A stretch of DNA of 64,000 nt, from NCBI GenBank assembly GCA_017577575.2, contig PKRG02000008.1:7030-71029 (forward strand). The letters are read 5' to 3'. The notes below the pieces were generated by a model. The model was not told the origin of the DNA. It saw nothing but the letters and a program-made list of their open reading frames with translations, and did no database searches. The position numbers were made by a program, and so were the translations under genes. Every line of letters begins with the position of its first letter. The first letter of the stretch is position 1. This DNA comes from Acidimicrobiia bacterium (lineage in GTDB: Bacteria > Actinomycetota > Acidimicrobiia > Spongiisociales > ZC4RG35). This document shows, piece after piece, positions 22,565 to 34,272 of the stretch.

Positions 22565-23070
22565 TCAAGGGCGCGGCGACCAGTCGGGGTTGCGGGCGCC
22601 CTCGATGACGCAGGGCACGACGCAGTCGAGCGGCTCGATCCACGCCGCGACGAGCTCTCCCACCGGGTTGGCGTTGCCGGCGGCGTGGTCGGCGTAGTGG
22701 GCGTGGAGGCACTTCACCCCCCGGCTGCTTCCTCCCACTCCCCCCCGGGGCCGCGGCTCGGCCCCTTCGGGCACCAGGGCGTCCCGTTCCGCCTCGTAGC
22801 GTCGATGGGCCTCGGCCAAGGCGGCGCCGAACTCGGCGTCGGCTTCCGCCTTGGCTTCCATACGCTTCACGCCTCCCGACGCCTCGAGGCGGCCGATGCG
22901 AGTCACCGCCAGCGGGCAGGTGAGCCAGTAGCGGGTGGGAAACGGGGTGCCGTCGTCGAGGATCGGGGGAACCGCCACCACCACCGGCAGCCCCAGATGG
23001 CAGCGGGCGACCACCTGGGAGGCGGCCCGGAGAGGACGGCCGATCTGAGCCTCGACCGTCGCCTCGTCGC

Positions 23071-23074
<4 letters not shown>
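22565..23074 (-). CDS. DUF501 family protein
   Basis: DGTPFPTRYWLTCP, GGVGG, VKCLHAHYA; conserved eno-divIC-DUF501-ppx order. Confidence 0.9.
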
Positions 23075-24761
<1,687 letters not shown>

Positions 24762-24813
24762 CTAGCACCGCCTCAGAAGGCCCCAGCGTATCGGATCCGG
24801 GACCCTGGGCCGA

Positions 24814-26244
24814 TCATTGCCGGTCGCTCAGCCTCTCCTTGACAGCCTGCCACCGGGCGTCCAGCTCCTCGAGCGTGAGGCCTTCGAGAGGGCCTTCCGC
24901 CTCCATCGCCCGGAACCGCTCCTCGAAGCGGGCGGTGGCCCGCCGCAGCGCCTCCTCGCCGGTGACACCGAGATGACGAACCAGGTTGACGGCGGTGAAC
25001 ATCACGTCGCCGAGCTCGGACACCGCGTCGCCCCGGCCCTCCAGCGCCTCCTCCAACTCGTCGACCTCCTGGCGGAGGACGCCGACGATCTCGGCCGGGC
25101 CCTCCCAGTCGAAGCCGACCTTGGCGGCCTTGCGCTGGACGGCCTCGGCGCGCTCGAGGGCGGGCATGCCCGCCGGCACGCCGTCGAGGGCCGACTGCGG
25201 CTCGACGCCGCCGCGCTCCTGCTTCTTGATCTGCTCCCAGTTGGCGGCCACCTCGTCGGCGTCTTTCACCTCCACGTCGCCGAAAACGTGGGGGTGGCGG
25301 CGGACGAGCTTCTCCCGGAGCCGGGTGGCGACGTCGTCGATGTCGAACACCCCCTTCTCGGCGGCGATGGCCGCATGGAACAGCACCTGCAACAGGACGT
25401 CGCCGAGCTCGTCTTCGACCGCGTCGTAGGCGACGTAGTCGACCTCGGCGTCGTCGTCGGGCAGGCGCGACACCGCCTCGGCCAGCTCGTAGGTCTCCTC
25501 GAGCAGGTGGCGCAGCAGGCTGTGATGGGTCTGGCTGCGATCCCAGGGGCATTCGGCGCGGAGGCGCCGGCTGACCCCGACCAGGCCGACCAGGCCCGCC
25601 GGGTCGGTGTCGACGAACATGGAGGTCCGGAATCCGGCCAGGTCGGCGGGGACCGCATCCACCGGCACCGTCACGACCTGCTCGTCGTCGGCTCCCAGGT
25701 TGGCCAGCACCGTGACCTCCGCCCCCTCCGGCAGGACCCGGGACAGGGAGGCGCTGACGTCGGCGAGCACCTCCGGGGAGTCGAGGTGGCCGATGATGGT
25801 GGGGGCGTCGAGGGCCAGCGGATGCGGCAGTTCGTGGCCGTTGATGATCCGCAGGCCCCGGTCGAAAGGGTCGTAGCCGACTGCGGCGAGGACCGCGTCG
25901 ACGAACGACTCGGCGGGCACCACCTCGGCGTCGGGGTGCCGGGCGAGGAGCTTTCGGACCGCGAACTCCCCCACCATGGGGCTGCCGGGGACGGCGTAGA
26001 TCGTGGGACCGTCGGCGGCGTGCCCGGCGACCCGCTCTGCGATCGCCTCGTACACGTCGTCGAAGCCGTCGGAGCTCTCGTAGAGGTCGTCGCAGGCGAT
26101 CACCTGGCGCCGCTCGGCGAGCTGGGCGGCGGCCGGATGGTGGATGGTCCTCACCACCAGCGTGTAGGCGGGGTCTTCGAGGAGCCGGCGGTGGGTCGCC
26201 GGGAGCCGGGAGAGGTCCCCCGGCCCCAGCCCGGTGACGATCAG
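24814..26244 (-). CDS. mazG: Tetrapyrrole-methylase-like + MazG nucleotide pyrophosphohydrolase (YabN type)
   Basis: IVTGLGPG, YAVPGSP, CPWDRSQT, LLEETYE, DELGDVLLQ, KLVRRHPHVFG; probable CTG start at 26244. Confidence 0.9.
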   Translation of the reverse strand: MIVTGLGPGDLSRLPATHRRLLEDPAYTLVVRTIHHPAAAQLAERRQVIACDDLYESSDGFDDVYEAIAERVAGHAADGPTIYAVPGSPMVGEFAVRKLLARHPDAEVVPAESFVDAVLAAVGYDPFDRGLRIINGHELPHPLALDAPTIIGHLDSPEVLADVSASLSRVLPEGAEVTVLANLGADDEQVVTVPVDAVPADLAGFRTSMFVDTDPAGLVGLVGVSRRLRAECPWDRSQTHHSLLRHLLEETYELAEAVSRLPDDDAEVDYVAYDAVEDELGDVLLQVLFHAAIAAEKGVFDIDDVATRLREKLVRRHPHVFGDVEVKDADEVAANWEQIKKQERGGVEPQSALDGVPAGMPALERAEAVQRKAAKVGFDWEGPAEIVGVLRQEVDELEEALEGRGDAVSELGDVMFTAVNLVRHLGVTGEEALRRATARFEERFRAMEAEGPLEGLTLEELDARWQAVKERLSDRQ

Positions 26245-27230
26245 CCGCCGCTGGTGGTCGACGGAGCGGTCGTCGCCGGCGCCGACGTGTCCGGCGTCGG
26301 CGTCTGGCTCTCGGTGCCCGGCGGCTGCACCATCGGCTGGGGATCGACCACCCATGTCCCGTACTCCTCGTTGACGGTCACGTCGGCCTCGCGGAACTTG
26401 TCCATCAGCCACTCCTCGAGCGCCACGATCTTGTCCTGCTCGAGGAGCTGCTCGCGCAGTTCGTCGTCGCTCGGCGGCTCGGGGGCGGTGCGATCGTAGA
26501 CCTGGAGGACGTGGAAGCCGTACGTCGACTCCACCGGCCCGGCGAGCTCGTCGATCTCGGCGGTGACGGCGGCGTCGCGGAACTCGTCGACGTACTGGCC
26601 GGCGGGGGCGCACCCGAGATCGCCTCCGTTGTCGGCGGCGCTGGGATCGGTCGAGACCTCGGCCGCGACGTCCTCGAACGACTCGCCGCCTTCGATCCTC
26701 TCCATGGCCGCCTCGGCCTCCTCGGCGGTGCCGACGAGGATGTGACGCACGCAGACCTCGGTCAGGCTCGCTTCCTGCTGGCGCCGCGCCTCGTCGAGCT
26801 CCTCAGCGGACGGGCCCTCCAGGGTCTCGCCGAGCCGGTCGGCGACCTCCTCCTGGATGAGCGTCGCCCGGAAGATCCGGCGGAGGGCGTCCGGCGACAG
26901 GCCCTGGATCTGGGCGATCTGGTCGAGGGTGATCTCCCCGCCCTGTTGGGCGAGCAGCTCTTCGATCTCGGCGTCGACGGTGTCTTCGGCCGGCTCGACC
27001 GAGAACTCGGCGGCGGCGGCGTCCTCGAGGATCTGGAGCTGGATCAGGACGGTCAGGTACTGGGCGAACATCGCCGGCTCCATGGTGCCGCTGCTCTCGT
27101 AGGGGAGGGCCTCCACGTCGGAGACGGTCAGCTCGGTGTCGTTGACCGTGGCGGCGACACCGCCGGAACTGCCTCCGCAGGCGGCGAGGGCGAGGGCGGA
27201 GGCGAGAGCAATGGAGATCAGCTTCTTCAC
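26241..27230 (-). CDS. Parvulin-type peptidyl-prolyl isomerase lipoprotein (PrsA/SurA-like)
   Basis: Lipobox LAAC, RHILV, STDPSAADNGGDLG, PVESTYGFHV. Confidence 0.9.
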   Translation of the reverse strand: MKKLISIALASALALAACGGSSGGVAATVNDTELTVSDVEALPYESSGTMEPAMFAQYLTVLIQLQILEDAAAAEFSVEPAEDTVDAEIEELLAQQGGEITLDQIAQIQGLSPDALRRIFRATLIQEEVADRLGETLEGPSAEELDEARRQQEASLTEVCVRHILVGTAEEAEAAMERIEGGESFEDVAAEVSTDPSAADNGGDLGCAPAGQYVDEFRDAAVTAEIDELAGPVESTYGFHVLQVYDRTAPEPPSDDELREQLLEQDKIVALEEWLMDKFREADVTVNEEYGTWVVDPQPMVQPPGTESQTPTPDTSAPATTAPSTTSGG

Positions 27231-27289
27231 GAGTGAACCTCTGGACGAAAGAAGGGGGATAGGCGGCTGATGCTATTCGCCAACACGTC

Positions 27290-30200
27290 CTACGACGACT
27301 CGGCCTGCTCTGCCGGCGCCGGCCACATGGTGCGGAGGAAGTCGAGCAGGCCCTCGATGAGGGGTTCCGGGGCGGGGATGAACAGGGTGCCTTCGGCCGC
27401 CCGCAGCACCGCCCGGGGCATGATCCGCTCCAGCCGCACCTCCTGGGAGGCGGACAGGTCGACCGGCGACAGGCGGATCTCGTCCCGGAGCTTCACCACC
27501 TCCCGCAGCCCGATGCGGATCGCCTCGACCCGGATCCGGGCGATGTCGATCAGCGCCAGCGCCGGTGGGGGAAGGGGGCCGAACCGGTCGGTCCACTCGG
27601 CGACGACGTCGTCGATGTCGGCGTGGCTGGTGGCTGCGGCCAGACGCCGATAGGCCTCCAGCCGCACCGACTGGTCGGACACGTAGGAGTTGGGCAGCTG
27701 GGCGTCGACCGGGAGGTCGATGCGGACCTCCGGCGGCGCCGTCGGCTCGTGCTCGCGCCCTTCGAGCTCGGCCACCGCCTCGGCGACCAGCTCGGCGTAC
27801 AGGTCGAAACCCACGGCGGCGATGTGGCCTGACTGCACCTCGCCCAGGATCGACCCGGCGCCGCGGATCTCCAGGTCGCGCAGCGCCAGCCGGAAGCCGG
27901 ACCCCAGCTCGGTGGCCTCGCCGATGGCCTCGAGGCGGCGGTGAGCCTCTTCGGTGAGGGCCCGGTCGGCGGGGTGGAACAGGTAGGCGTAGGCGCGCTG
28001 GTTGGAGCGGCCCACCCGGCCCCGCAGCTGGTAGAGCTGGGCCAGCCCCAGCAAGTCGGCGCGTTCGACGATCAGGGTGTTCACCTGGGGCAGGTCGAGC
28101 CCCGACTCGATGATCGTCGTGGCCACCAGCACGTCGTACTCCCCCGACCAGAAGTCGAGCATGACCTGCTCGAGCTGGCCTTCCGACATCTGGCCGTGGG
28201 CGACGGCGTAGCGGGCGTCGGGGACGAGCTGTCTGAGGCGGGCCACAGTCCGCTCGATCGACTGGACCCGGTTGTGGACGTAGAACACCTGCCCTTCCCG
28301 GAGCAGCTCGCGTCGGATCGCCGCCGACACCGCCTGCTCGTCCCATGGGCCCACGTAGGTGAGGATGGGATGGCGGTCCTCGGGCGGGGTGCGGATGTGG
28401 GACACGTCGCGGATGCCGGTGAGGGCCATCTCGAGCGTCCGGGGGATGGGCGTGGCGGTGAGGGTGAGGACGTCGACCCCGACCTTGAGGCGCTTGAGGG
28501 CGTCCTTGGCGTTGACCCCGAAGCGCTGCTCCTCGTCGATCACCAGGAGCCCCAGGTCGTTGAACTTCACGTCGTCGGACAGGAGCCGGTGGGTGCCGAC
28601 GACGATGTCGACGGCTCCGCTGGCCAGCCCGGCGACGACTTCCTTCTGCTGGCGCGGGGTGAGGAACCGGGACAGGACCTCAACCCTCACGGGGTAGGCG
28701 GCCATCCGCTCGGAGAAGGTCTGGTGGTGTTGCTGGGCGAGGAGGGTGGTGGGGCACAGCACCGCCACCTGCTTTCCCGCCTGGACCGCCTTGAAGGCGG
28801 CCCGGATCGCCACTTCGGTCTTGCCGAATCCGACGTCGCCGAAGACGAGCCGGTCCATCACCTTGTCGGATTCCATGTCGGCTTTGACCTCGGCGATGGC
28901 GGTGAGCTGGTCGGGCGTCTCCTCGTAGGGGAACGCCTCTTCCATCTCGCGCTGCCAGGGGGTGTCGGCCGGGAAGGCGAACCCCTTGGCCCGGGCACGG
29001 CGACGGTGGAGGTCGACGACCTGCTCGGCCACGGCGGCCACTGCCTTGCGGACCCGGTTGCGCTGCTCGGACCAGTCCTTCCCGCCCATCCGGGAGATGC
29101 GGGGTGTCTCCCCGCCCGTGTACTTGGTGACGGCGGCGAGCTGGTCGGTGGGGACATAGAGCCGGTCGCCGCCCTGGTAGGCGATCACCAGGTACTCCCG
29201 CTCCACCCCGGCCATGGTGCGGGTGACCAGGCCCTCGAAGCGGCCGATGCCGTGCTGGTGGTGGACGACGTAGTCGCCTTCGGCGAGGTCGCCGTAGTCC
29301 TGCCGTTCGGCGGCTCTCCTCCGTCCCGCCCGGCGGTGGGAGCGGCGCCGCCCGGCGATCTCTTGCTCGCCGAGGACCGCCACTCCTGCCTGGGGGGCGA
29401 CGAAGCCGTGGTGGATGCCAGTGGACAGGACCACCGCCTCGCCGGTGAACTCCTTCCCCGTGGCGATGGCCAGGCCGTGCTCGCCGAGGACCCGGGACAC
29501 CCGCTGGGCGGCGGGCTCGCCGTCCATCGCCACCACCACCGCCATGCCTCGGGAGATGAGCCGCCCGAGCCCGGAGGCGACCGATTCGGGGTCGCCGGCG
29601 ACGGCGTCGAAGCCGCGTACCTGGAGCACGGGGTCGGCGGGCCCGGTGGGGACGGTCGGCATCTCGAGGGTCGGGCCCCTCGGCTCGAGCTCACCGAAGA
29701 GCAGCGGGTGCTCCCCCGCCTTCGGCGCCCGCTCCCCCCAGGTGGGTGCGAGGGCGGCGGCCAGCTCCTGTTCCTCTTTCATCAGCTCGCGGGCGCGGTC
29801 GCGCGCCCGGCTGGGGTCGACGAGGACCACGACGGCGTGGCCCACTTCGTCGAGGAGGGTGCGGTCGGGCACCAGCCAGGGGATCCACGACTCCATGCCC
29901 GGGAAGGTCTGGCCGGTGGCGATCCGCTCGAAGGTCTCGGCCGCCCACGGCTCGGTCTCGACGAGGCGGGCGGCCCGCTCGGCGATCTCCCCTTCGGGAC
30001 GCAGCTCGCGGGCGGGGTAGACCTCGACGGAATCGAGCCGGTCGGCGGATCGCTGGGTGGCGACGGCGAACTCGCGGAGGTCTTCCACCTCGTCGCCCCA
30101 GAAGTCGATCCGCACCGGCATGTCGGCCTGGGCGGGGAAGACGTCGACGATCCCGCCCCTGACCGCGAACTCGCCCCGGCTCTCGACCCGGTCCGTCCGG

Positions 30201-30652
30201 TGGTAGCCGAACGACGCCAGCCGCTGGGTCAGCTCGGTGAGGTCGACCTCCATCCCCCGCTCGAAGGTGATCGGCTCCACCCCCGAGGGGCTCACCTTCT
30301 GCACCACCCCCCGGACGGGCGCCACCACGATGAGGCCGCCGGTGCCCTCCGCCAGCCGGTGGCGGGCGCGGGCGCGCATGGCCATGGTCTGGGCATTGGG
30401 TGACACGTGCTCGAACGGGAGCGTCTCCCAGGCGGGAAGAAGGAGCACGTCGGGGCTGAACAGCTCGAGGTCCTCGACCAGCTCCTCGGCCTCCCGCTCC
30501 CCCGGTGTGACGACCAGGAGCGGGCGGTCCTGGTGGGCGGCGAGAGCGGCGATGGCGAAGGCGCGCCCACCCGTGCCCACGGCCCAGCGTCCGGGGACCG
30601 CAGGGAGGTCGTCGGGGCGCAGGCGCTCGACGAGCGCGGCGAGAGGGGTCAC
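27290..30652 (-). CDS. mfd: Transcription-repair coupling factor
   Basis: GEFAVRGGIVDVF, CarD-like VVHHQHGIGRF, GDVGFGKTE, IDEEQRFG, QLRGRVGR, TRCF C-terminus. Confidence 0.98.
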   Translation of the reverse strand: MTPLAALVERLRPDDLPAVPGRWAVGTGGRAFAIAALAAHQDRPLLVVTPGEREAEELVEDLELFSPDVLLLPAWETLPFEHVSPNAQTMAMRARARHRLAEGTGGLIVVAPVRGVVQKVSPSGVEPITFERGMEVDLTELTQRLASFGYHRTDRVESRGEFAVRGGIVDVFPAQADMPVRIDFWGDEVEDLREFAVATQRSADRLDSVEVYPARELRPEGEIAERAARLVETEPWAAETFERIATGQTFPGMESWIPWLVPDRTLLDEVGHAVVVLVDPSRARDRARELMKEEQELAAALAPTWGERAPKAGEHPLLFGELEPRGPTLEMPTVPTGPADPVLQVRGFDAVAGDPESVASGLGRLISRGMAVVVAMDGEPAAQRVSRVLGEHGLAIATGKEFTGEAVVLSTGIHHGFVAPQAGVAVLGEQEIAGRRRSHRRAGRRRAAERQDYGDLAEGDYVVHHQHGIGRFEGLVTRTMAGVEREYLVIAYQGGDRLYVPTDQLAAVTKYTGGETPRISRMGGKDWSEQRNRVRKAVAAVAEQVVDLHRRRARAKGFAFPADTPWQREMEEAFPYEETPDQLTAIAEVKADMESDKVMDRLVFGDVGFGKTEVAIRAAFKAVQAGKQVAVLCPTTLLAQQHHQTFSERMAAYPVRVEVLSRFLTPRQQKEVVAGLASGAVDIVVGTHRLLSDDVKFNDLGLLVIDEEQRFGVNAKDALKRLKVGVDVLTLTATPIPRTLEMALTGIRDVSHIRTPPEDRHPILTYVGPWDEQAVSAAIRRELLREGQVFYVHNRVQSIERTVARLRQLVPDARYAVAHGQMSEGQLEQVMLDFWSGEYDVLVATTIIESGLDLPQVNTLIVERADLLGLAQLYQLRGRVGRSNQRAYAYLFHPADRALTEEAHRRLEAIGEATELGSGFRLALRDLEIRGAGSILGEVQSGHIAAVGFDLYAELVAEAVAELEGREHEPTAPPEVRIDLPVDAQLPNSYVSDQSVRLEAYRRLAAATSHADIDDVVAEWTDRFGPLPPPALALIDIARIRVEAIRIGLREVVKLRDEIRLSPVDLSASQEVRLERIMPRAVLRAAEGTLFIPAPEPLIEGLLDFLRTMWPAPAEQAESS

Positions 30653-30694
30653 CCGACGAATGGTAAGTGGGCCGCCGGAGTTGGTGAACGGGGT

Positions 30695-31663
30695 TTACAT
30701 CAGGCCTTCGGCCTGGAACCACTCCACCATACGGCGCAGCGTCTCCTCGGCCGTTCGGTACCGCAGGCCCAGCTCGCGGGTGGCCTTGGAGCCGTCGTGG
30801 CGATGGCCGTGGGCGATCACCCGCACCATCTCCGGGCACAGCGGCGGCTGCTTTCCCGCCAACCGGGAGACCGCGGCGACCACGGCCGATCCGGCCCAGG
30901 CGACGCCGATCGGGAGGAGCCGGGCCCGCACCGGCCTCCCGAGGATCGACGCCGCCATGTCGACGGCCTCCGACACGGTGGTGGTGAACCCGCTGAGGAT
31001 GTAACGCTCTCCCGGGCGGCCATGGAGGGCGGCGAGCCGGTGCCCGGCGGCGCAGTCGTCGATGTCGACCATGGAGACGACGGACTCGACGAGGAACGGC
31101 AGCTTCCCTTTGAGCACCGAGAGGATGAGCTTTCCGGTGCCGGTGGCCCGCCCCGGCCCTTGGACGGAGCTGGGGTTGACGGCGACGACCTCGACCCGGG
31201 TCTTCTCGGCGAACGCCACCTGCTCGGCGTGGTGCTTCGACTTCTCGTACTCCGACAGGTAGTAGCCCCGGTGGGCGGTCTCTTCGGTGGCGACCTCGCC
31301 TTTCCGCTCACCGATCGTGGTCGCCGACGACGTGAGCACCATGCGCCTCACCCCGGCGGCGGCACAGGCGCGCAGCACGGTGCGGGTCCCGTCGACGTTG
31401 ACCCGGTACATGTGGGACGGGTCCCGCGAGCACATCTCGTTGACTCCGGCCACGTGGTAGACCACCTCTGCGCCCCGGAAGGCGGCGACCATGGCCGAAT
31501 GGTCGGTTACGTCGCCGGGGACGGTCCTGGCCCCCAGCTCCCGGAGCTTCGCCGCCGACGTCTCCGAGCGGGCCACGGCGGTGACTTCGTCGCCGGCTTC
31601 GACCAGGTGACGCACGACGGCGGCACCCACCACGCCCGAGCCGCCGGTGACCGCCACCCTCAT
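30695..31663 (-). CDS. NAD-dependent epimerase/dehydratase (HpnA/dihydroflavonol reductase-like)
   Basis: VTGGSGVVG, VYHVAG, NVDGT, YEKSK, GRPGERYIL. Confidence 0.88.
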   Translation of the reverse strand: MRVAVTGGSGVVGAAVVRHLVEAGDEVTAVARSETSAAKLRELGARTVPGDVTDHSAMVAAFRGAEVVYHVAGVNEMCSRDPSHMYRVNVDGTRTVLRACAAAGVRRMVLTSSATTIGERKGEVATEETAHRGYYLSEYEKSKHHAEQVAFAEKTRVEVVAVNPSSVQGPGRATGTGKLILSVLKGKLPFLVESVVSMVDIDDCAAGHRLAALHGRPGERYILSGFTTTVSEAVDMAASILGRPVRARLLPIGVAWAGSAVVAAVSRLAGKQPPLCPEMVRVIAHGHRHDGSKATRELGLRYRTAEETLRRMVEWFQAEGLM

Positions 31664-31673
31664 GCGGCCCTCC

Positions 31674-32225
31674 TCATGCCGGCTGCGGCTTGCGCACGAC
31701 GTGCCAGAAGGCGGTGAGGTAGTTCCAGAAGGAGGCGACGGTGATCACGACCGCCACGGCCATCGCCCACTGGTCGAGATACCAGGGACCCCACCTGTCG
31801 GGAAGCCGCAGGTAGGCGAGGAGGATGGCGACGAACTGGAAGGCGGCCTTGATCTTGCCCCAGGTGGAGGGACGGATGAGGCCGCCGCTGGTCGCCACGA
31901 CGCCCCGCAGCGCCATCACCGCGAACTCCCGGAAGATGATCACGAACGCCGCCCAGATCGACACCCGGTCGATCGACACCAGTGCCAACAGCGCCCCGGT
32001 GACGAGCACCTTGTCGGCGGTGGTGTCCAAGAAGGCGCCGAGCACGGACTCCTGCTTCCAGCGTCGGGCGAGGTAGCCGTCGAGGAAGTCGGTGAGGGCG
32101 GCGACGGCGAAGACGGCGGCCGCCCAGCCCAGGTTGTGGGCGATCTCGTCCCCCGCGCGTGTCAGCGCCATGATCACGGGCACTACGAGAACCCGTGCCA
32201 AAGCGAGAAGATCGGGAACCGAGAT
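31674..32225 (-). CDS. pgsA: CDP-diacylglycerol--glycerol-3-phosphate 3-phosphatidyltransferase
   Basis: TDFLDGYLARR...GAFLDTTADK, REFAV, GKIK; probable ATC start at 32225 (first canonical start is TTG 32201). Confidence 0.88.
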   Translation of the reverse strand: MSVPDLLALARVLVVPVIMALTRAGDEIAHNLGWAAAVFAVAALTDFLDGYLARRWKQESVLGAFLDTTADKVLVTGALLALVSIDRVSIWAAFVIIFREFAVMALRGVVATSGGLIRPSTWGKIKAAFQFVAILLAYLRLPDRWGPWYLDQWAMAVAVVITVASFWNYLTAFWHVVRKPQPA

Positions 32226-32291
32226 CGCTGCCTCCTCTGGCGGGCGACGACCCGGCGATCTTAGGACGATCTCGGAGCCGATTCGACGGCT

Positions 32292-32870
32292 CTACGCCGG
32301 GCGCCGCTGCCCCGCCATCTGGGTGGCCTTCTCCAGGTCGCCGACCCAGGCGAGCGCCGCCTCGGCGGCGTCGACGACGAGCAGGTCGATCTCCGCCCGC
32401 TCGGCGCTGGTGAACCGCCGGAGCACGAACTCGGCTGGGTCCATCCGGCCGGGCGGGCGGCCGACGCCGGCCTTGAGCCGGTGGAAGTCCCGGTGCCCGA
32501 GGGCCCGCTCGATCGAGCGCAGTCCGTTGTGGCCGGCGGTGCCGCCACCCACCTGCATCCGGAGCTTGCCGAACGGCAGGTCGATGTCGTCGTGGACGAC
32601 GAGCAGGTCGCGGCGGGTGTCGACGTCGAAGTAGTCGGCGAGCGCCCGAACCGGGCCGCCCGACTCGTTCATGTACGACAGCGGCGCGGCCAGCACCAAC
32701 TTCTCGCCGTCGACGCGGGTTTCGGCGATCTCGCAGCGGACCCGGCTCGGGCCCCGCTTGAGCCGTTCCCCCAGGCGATCCGCCACCGCCTCGACCACTT
32801 CGAAGCCGAGGTTGTGGCGGGTGCCGGAGTACTCGGGGCCGGGGTTGCGGAGCCCGACTATCGCCTTCAC
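32292..32870 (-). CDS. pth: Peptidyl-tRNA hydrolase
   Basis: GLRNPG.EY..TRHNLGF, YMNESG, VVHDDIDL, GHNGLRSI. Confidence 0.97.
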   Translation of the reverse strand: MKAIVGLRNPGPEYSGTRHNLGFEVVEAVADRLGERLKRGPSRVRCEIAETRVDGEKLVLAAPLSYMNESGGPVRALADYFDVDTRRDLLVVHDDIDLPFGKLRMQVGGGTAGHNGLRSIERALGHRDFHRLKAGVGRPPGRMDPAEFVLRRFTSAERAEIDLLVVDAAEAALAWVGDLEKATQMAGQRRPA

Positions 32871-33526
32871 TCTTCGGCGGAGGCCTCTCCGCCTTCCTCG
32901 GCAGCTTCAGCGGGCTCGGCGGCCGGGGCAGCGGCCTCTTCCTCGCCCTCGGGCGCCTCTTCGGCCGCTTCGGTGGCCGGCGCGGTCACGCTGACGATGA
33001 CCTCTTCGGGGTCTTCCTGGTAGGTGACGCCGTCGAGGGCGGGCAGGTCGGCGACTCGCACCACGCCGCCCAATTCCAGGCCGCTGATGTCGACCTCGAT
33101 GTGGCTCGGGATCTGGGTGACGCGCGCTTCGACCATGACGGAGGTGCGGGCCGGGCTGAGGACACCGCCTTCGCGCACACCCACCGGGTCGCCCTCGAAG
33201 TGGACCGGGACCTCGGTGGTGACCGTCTCGGTCAGCGACACCTTCTGGAAGTCGACGTGGCGGTACTCCGCCCGGTACGGGTGACGCTCGACGACCCGGG
33301 CCATCGTGAGGATCTCCTGGCCGTCGACGTCGAGGTTGATGAGCGCGTTGAGGCCGGCATCGGTGTGGAGGGCGGCATACAGCTCACGGGCGTCCACCGA
33401 GACGTTGATCGGGTCCATCCCGTGCCCGTAGACGACAGCCGGCACCTGGCCTTCGCGGCGCAGGCGACGCGAGGCCCGCGTGCCGGGAACCCGGCCTGTC
33501 CGGGCGCGCAGACTCACTTGTTCCAT
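32867..33526 (-). CDS. rplY: 50S ribosomal protein L25/Ctc
   Basis: SRRLRREGQVPAVVYG, HVDF, GVREGG, acidic tail. Confidence 0.96.
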   Translation of the reverse strand: MEQVSLRARTGRVPGTRASRRLRREGQVPAVVYGHGMDPINVSVDARELYAALHTDAGLNALINLDVDGQEILTMARVVERHPYRAEYRHVDFQKVSLTETVTTEVPVHFEGDPVGVREGGVLSPARTSVMVEARVTQIPSHIEVDISGLELGGVVRVADLPALDGVTYQEDPEEVIVSVTAPATEAAEEAPEGEEEAAAPAAEPAEAAEEGGEASAEE

Positions 33527-33555
33527 GGCAAAGACTCCTCGTGGAAGGGCGGTGC

Positions 33556-34233
33556 CTATGGATTATCGCGGCCCGGCCCGGCATCCGCCAAGCCCGGGCC
33601 GATCGTGGCGGACAGCCACTCGGTGGTGATCCGGGCCAACTCGTCGAGCATCGCCTCGGGGGCGGTGCCCCGGCGACGGAAGGAGTGGTCGGCGCCTTCG
33701 ATCCAGGCCACGGTGGCCGCCGGCAGCGGCTCGAGGTGGCGGCGGATCGCCTCCGGCGGGGCGAGGGCGTCGTGGTCGCCGCTGATGAACAGGGCCGGGA
33801 CCGGGATCCGGGGGAGATGGTCGACACGGAGCCGGTCGGGCTTTCCGGGCGGATGGAGCGGATACCCGTAGACGACCACCGCCGCGCACGGTTCGCCCTC
33901 TGCGGCGAGGATCGTGGACATGCGCCCGCCCATGGACCGGCCGGCGAGCACGAGCCTCTCCCCCACCTCGTCGCGCAGGCGACGGGCCGCCGCCCGGTGG
34001 ACCGCCAGCAGCTTGGGCTGGCGGTCGGGGAAGGGCCGGCCCGCCGCCCGGTAGGCGTACTCGAAGGTCATGACCCGGTAGCCGCTCGCAGCCAGGCGGG
34101 TGCGGAGCCCGGCTACTCCCGGGTGGTCCTGGCCGGCTCCCGCCCCGGTGGCCAGGAGGATCCCTGTCTGGCCGTCGCCTTCCAGCACGGCGGGCACTCC
34201 TCCGGCGTCGGTGTCGAGGACGAAACGGGTCAT
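33556..34233 (-). CDS. Alpha/beta hydrolase (KANL3/Tex30-like)
   Basis: GAGAG, LAGRSMGGR, GYPLHPPGKPDRLR, SGDHD, EGADHSF. Confidence 0.88.
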   Translation of the reverse strand: MTRFVLDTDAGGVPAVLEGDGQTGILLATGAGAGQDHPGVAGLRTRLAASGYRVMTFEYAYRAAGRPFPDRQPKLLAVHRAAARRLRDEVGERLVLAGRSMGGRMSTILAAEGEPCAAVVVYGYPLHPPGKPDRLRVDHLPRIPVPALFISGDHDALAPPEAIRRHLEPLPAATVAWIEGADHSFRRRGTAPEAMLDELARITTEWLSATIGPGLADAGPGRDNP

Positions 34234-34272
34234 GGTGACCCACACTATCCGGGCGCCTGATACCGTCGGCTC

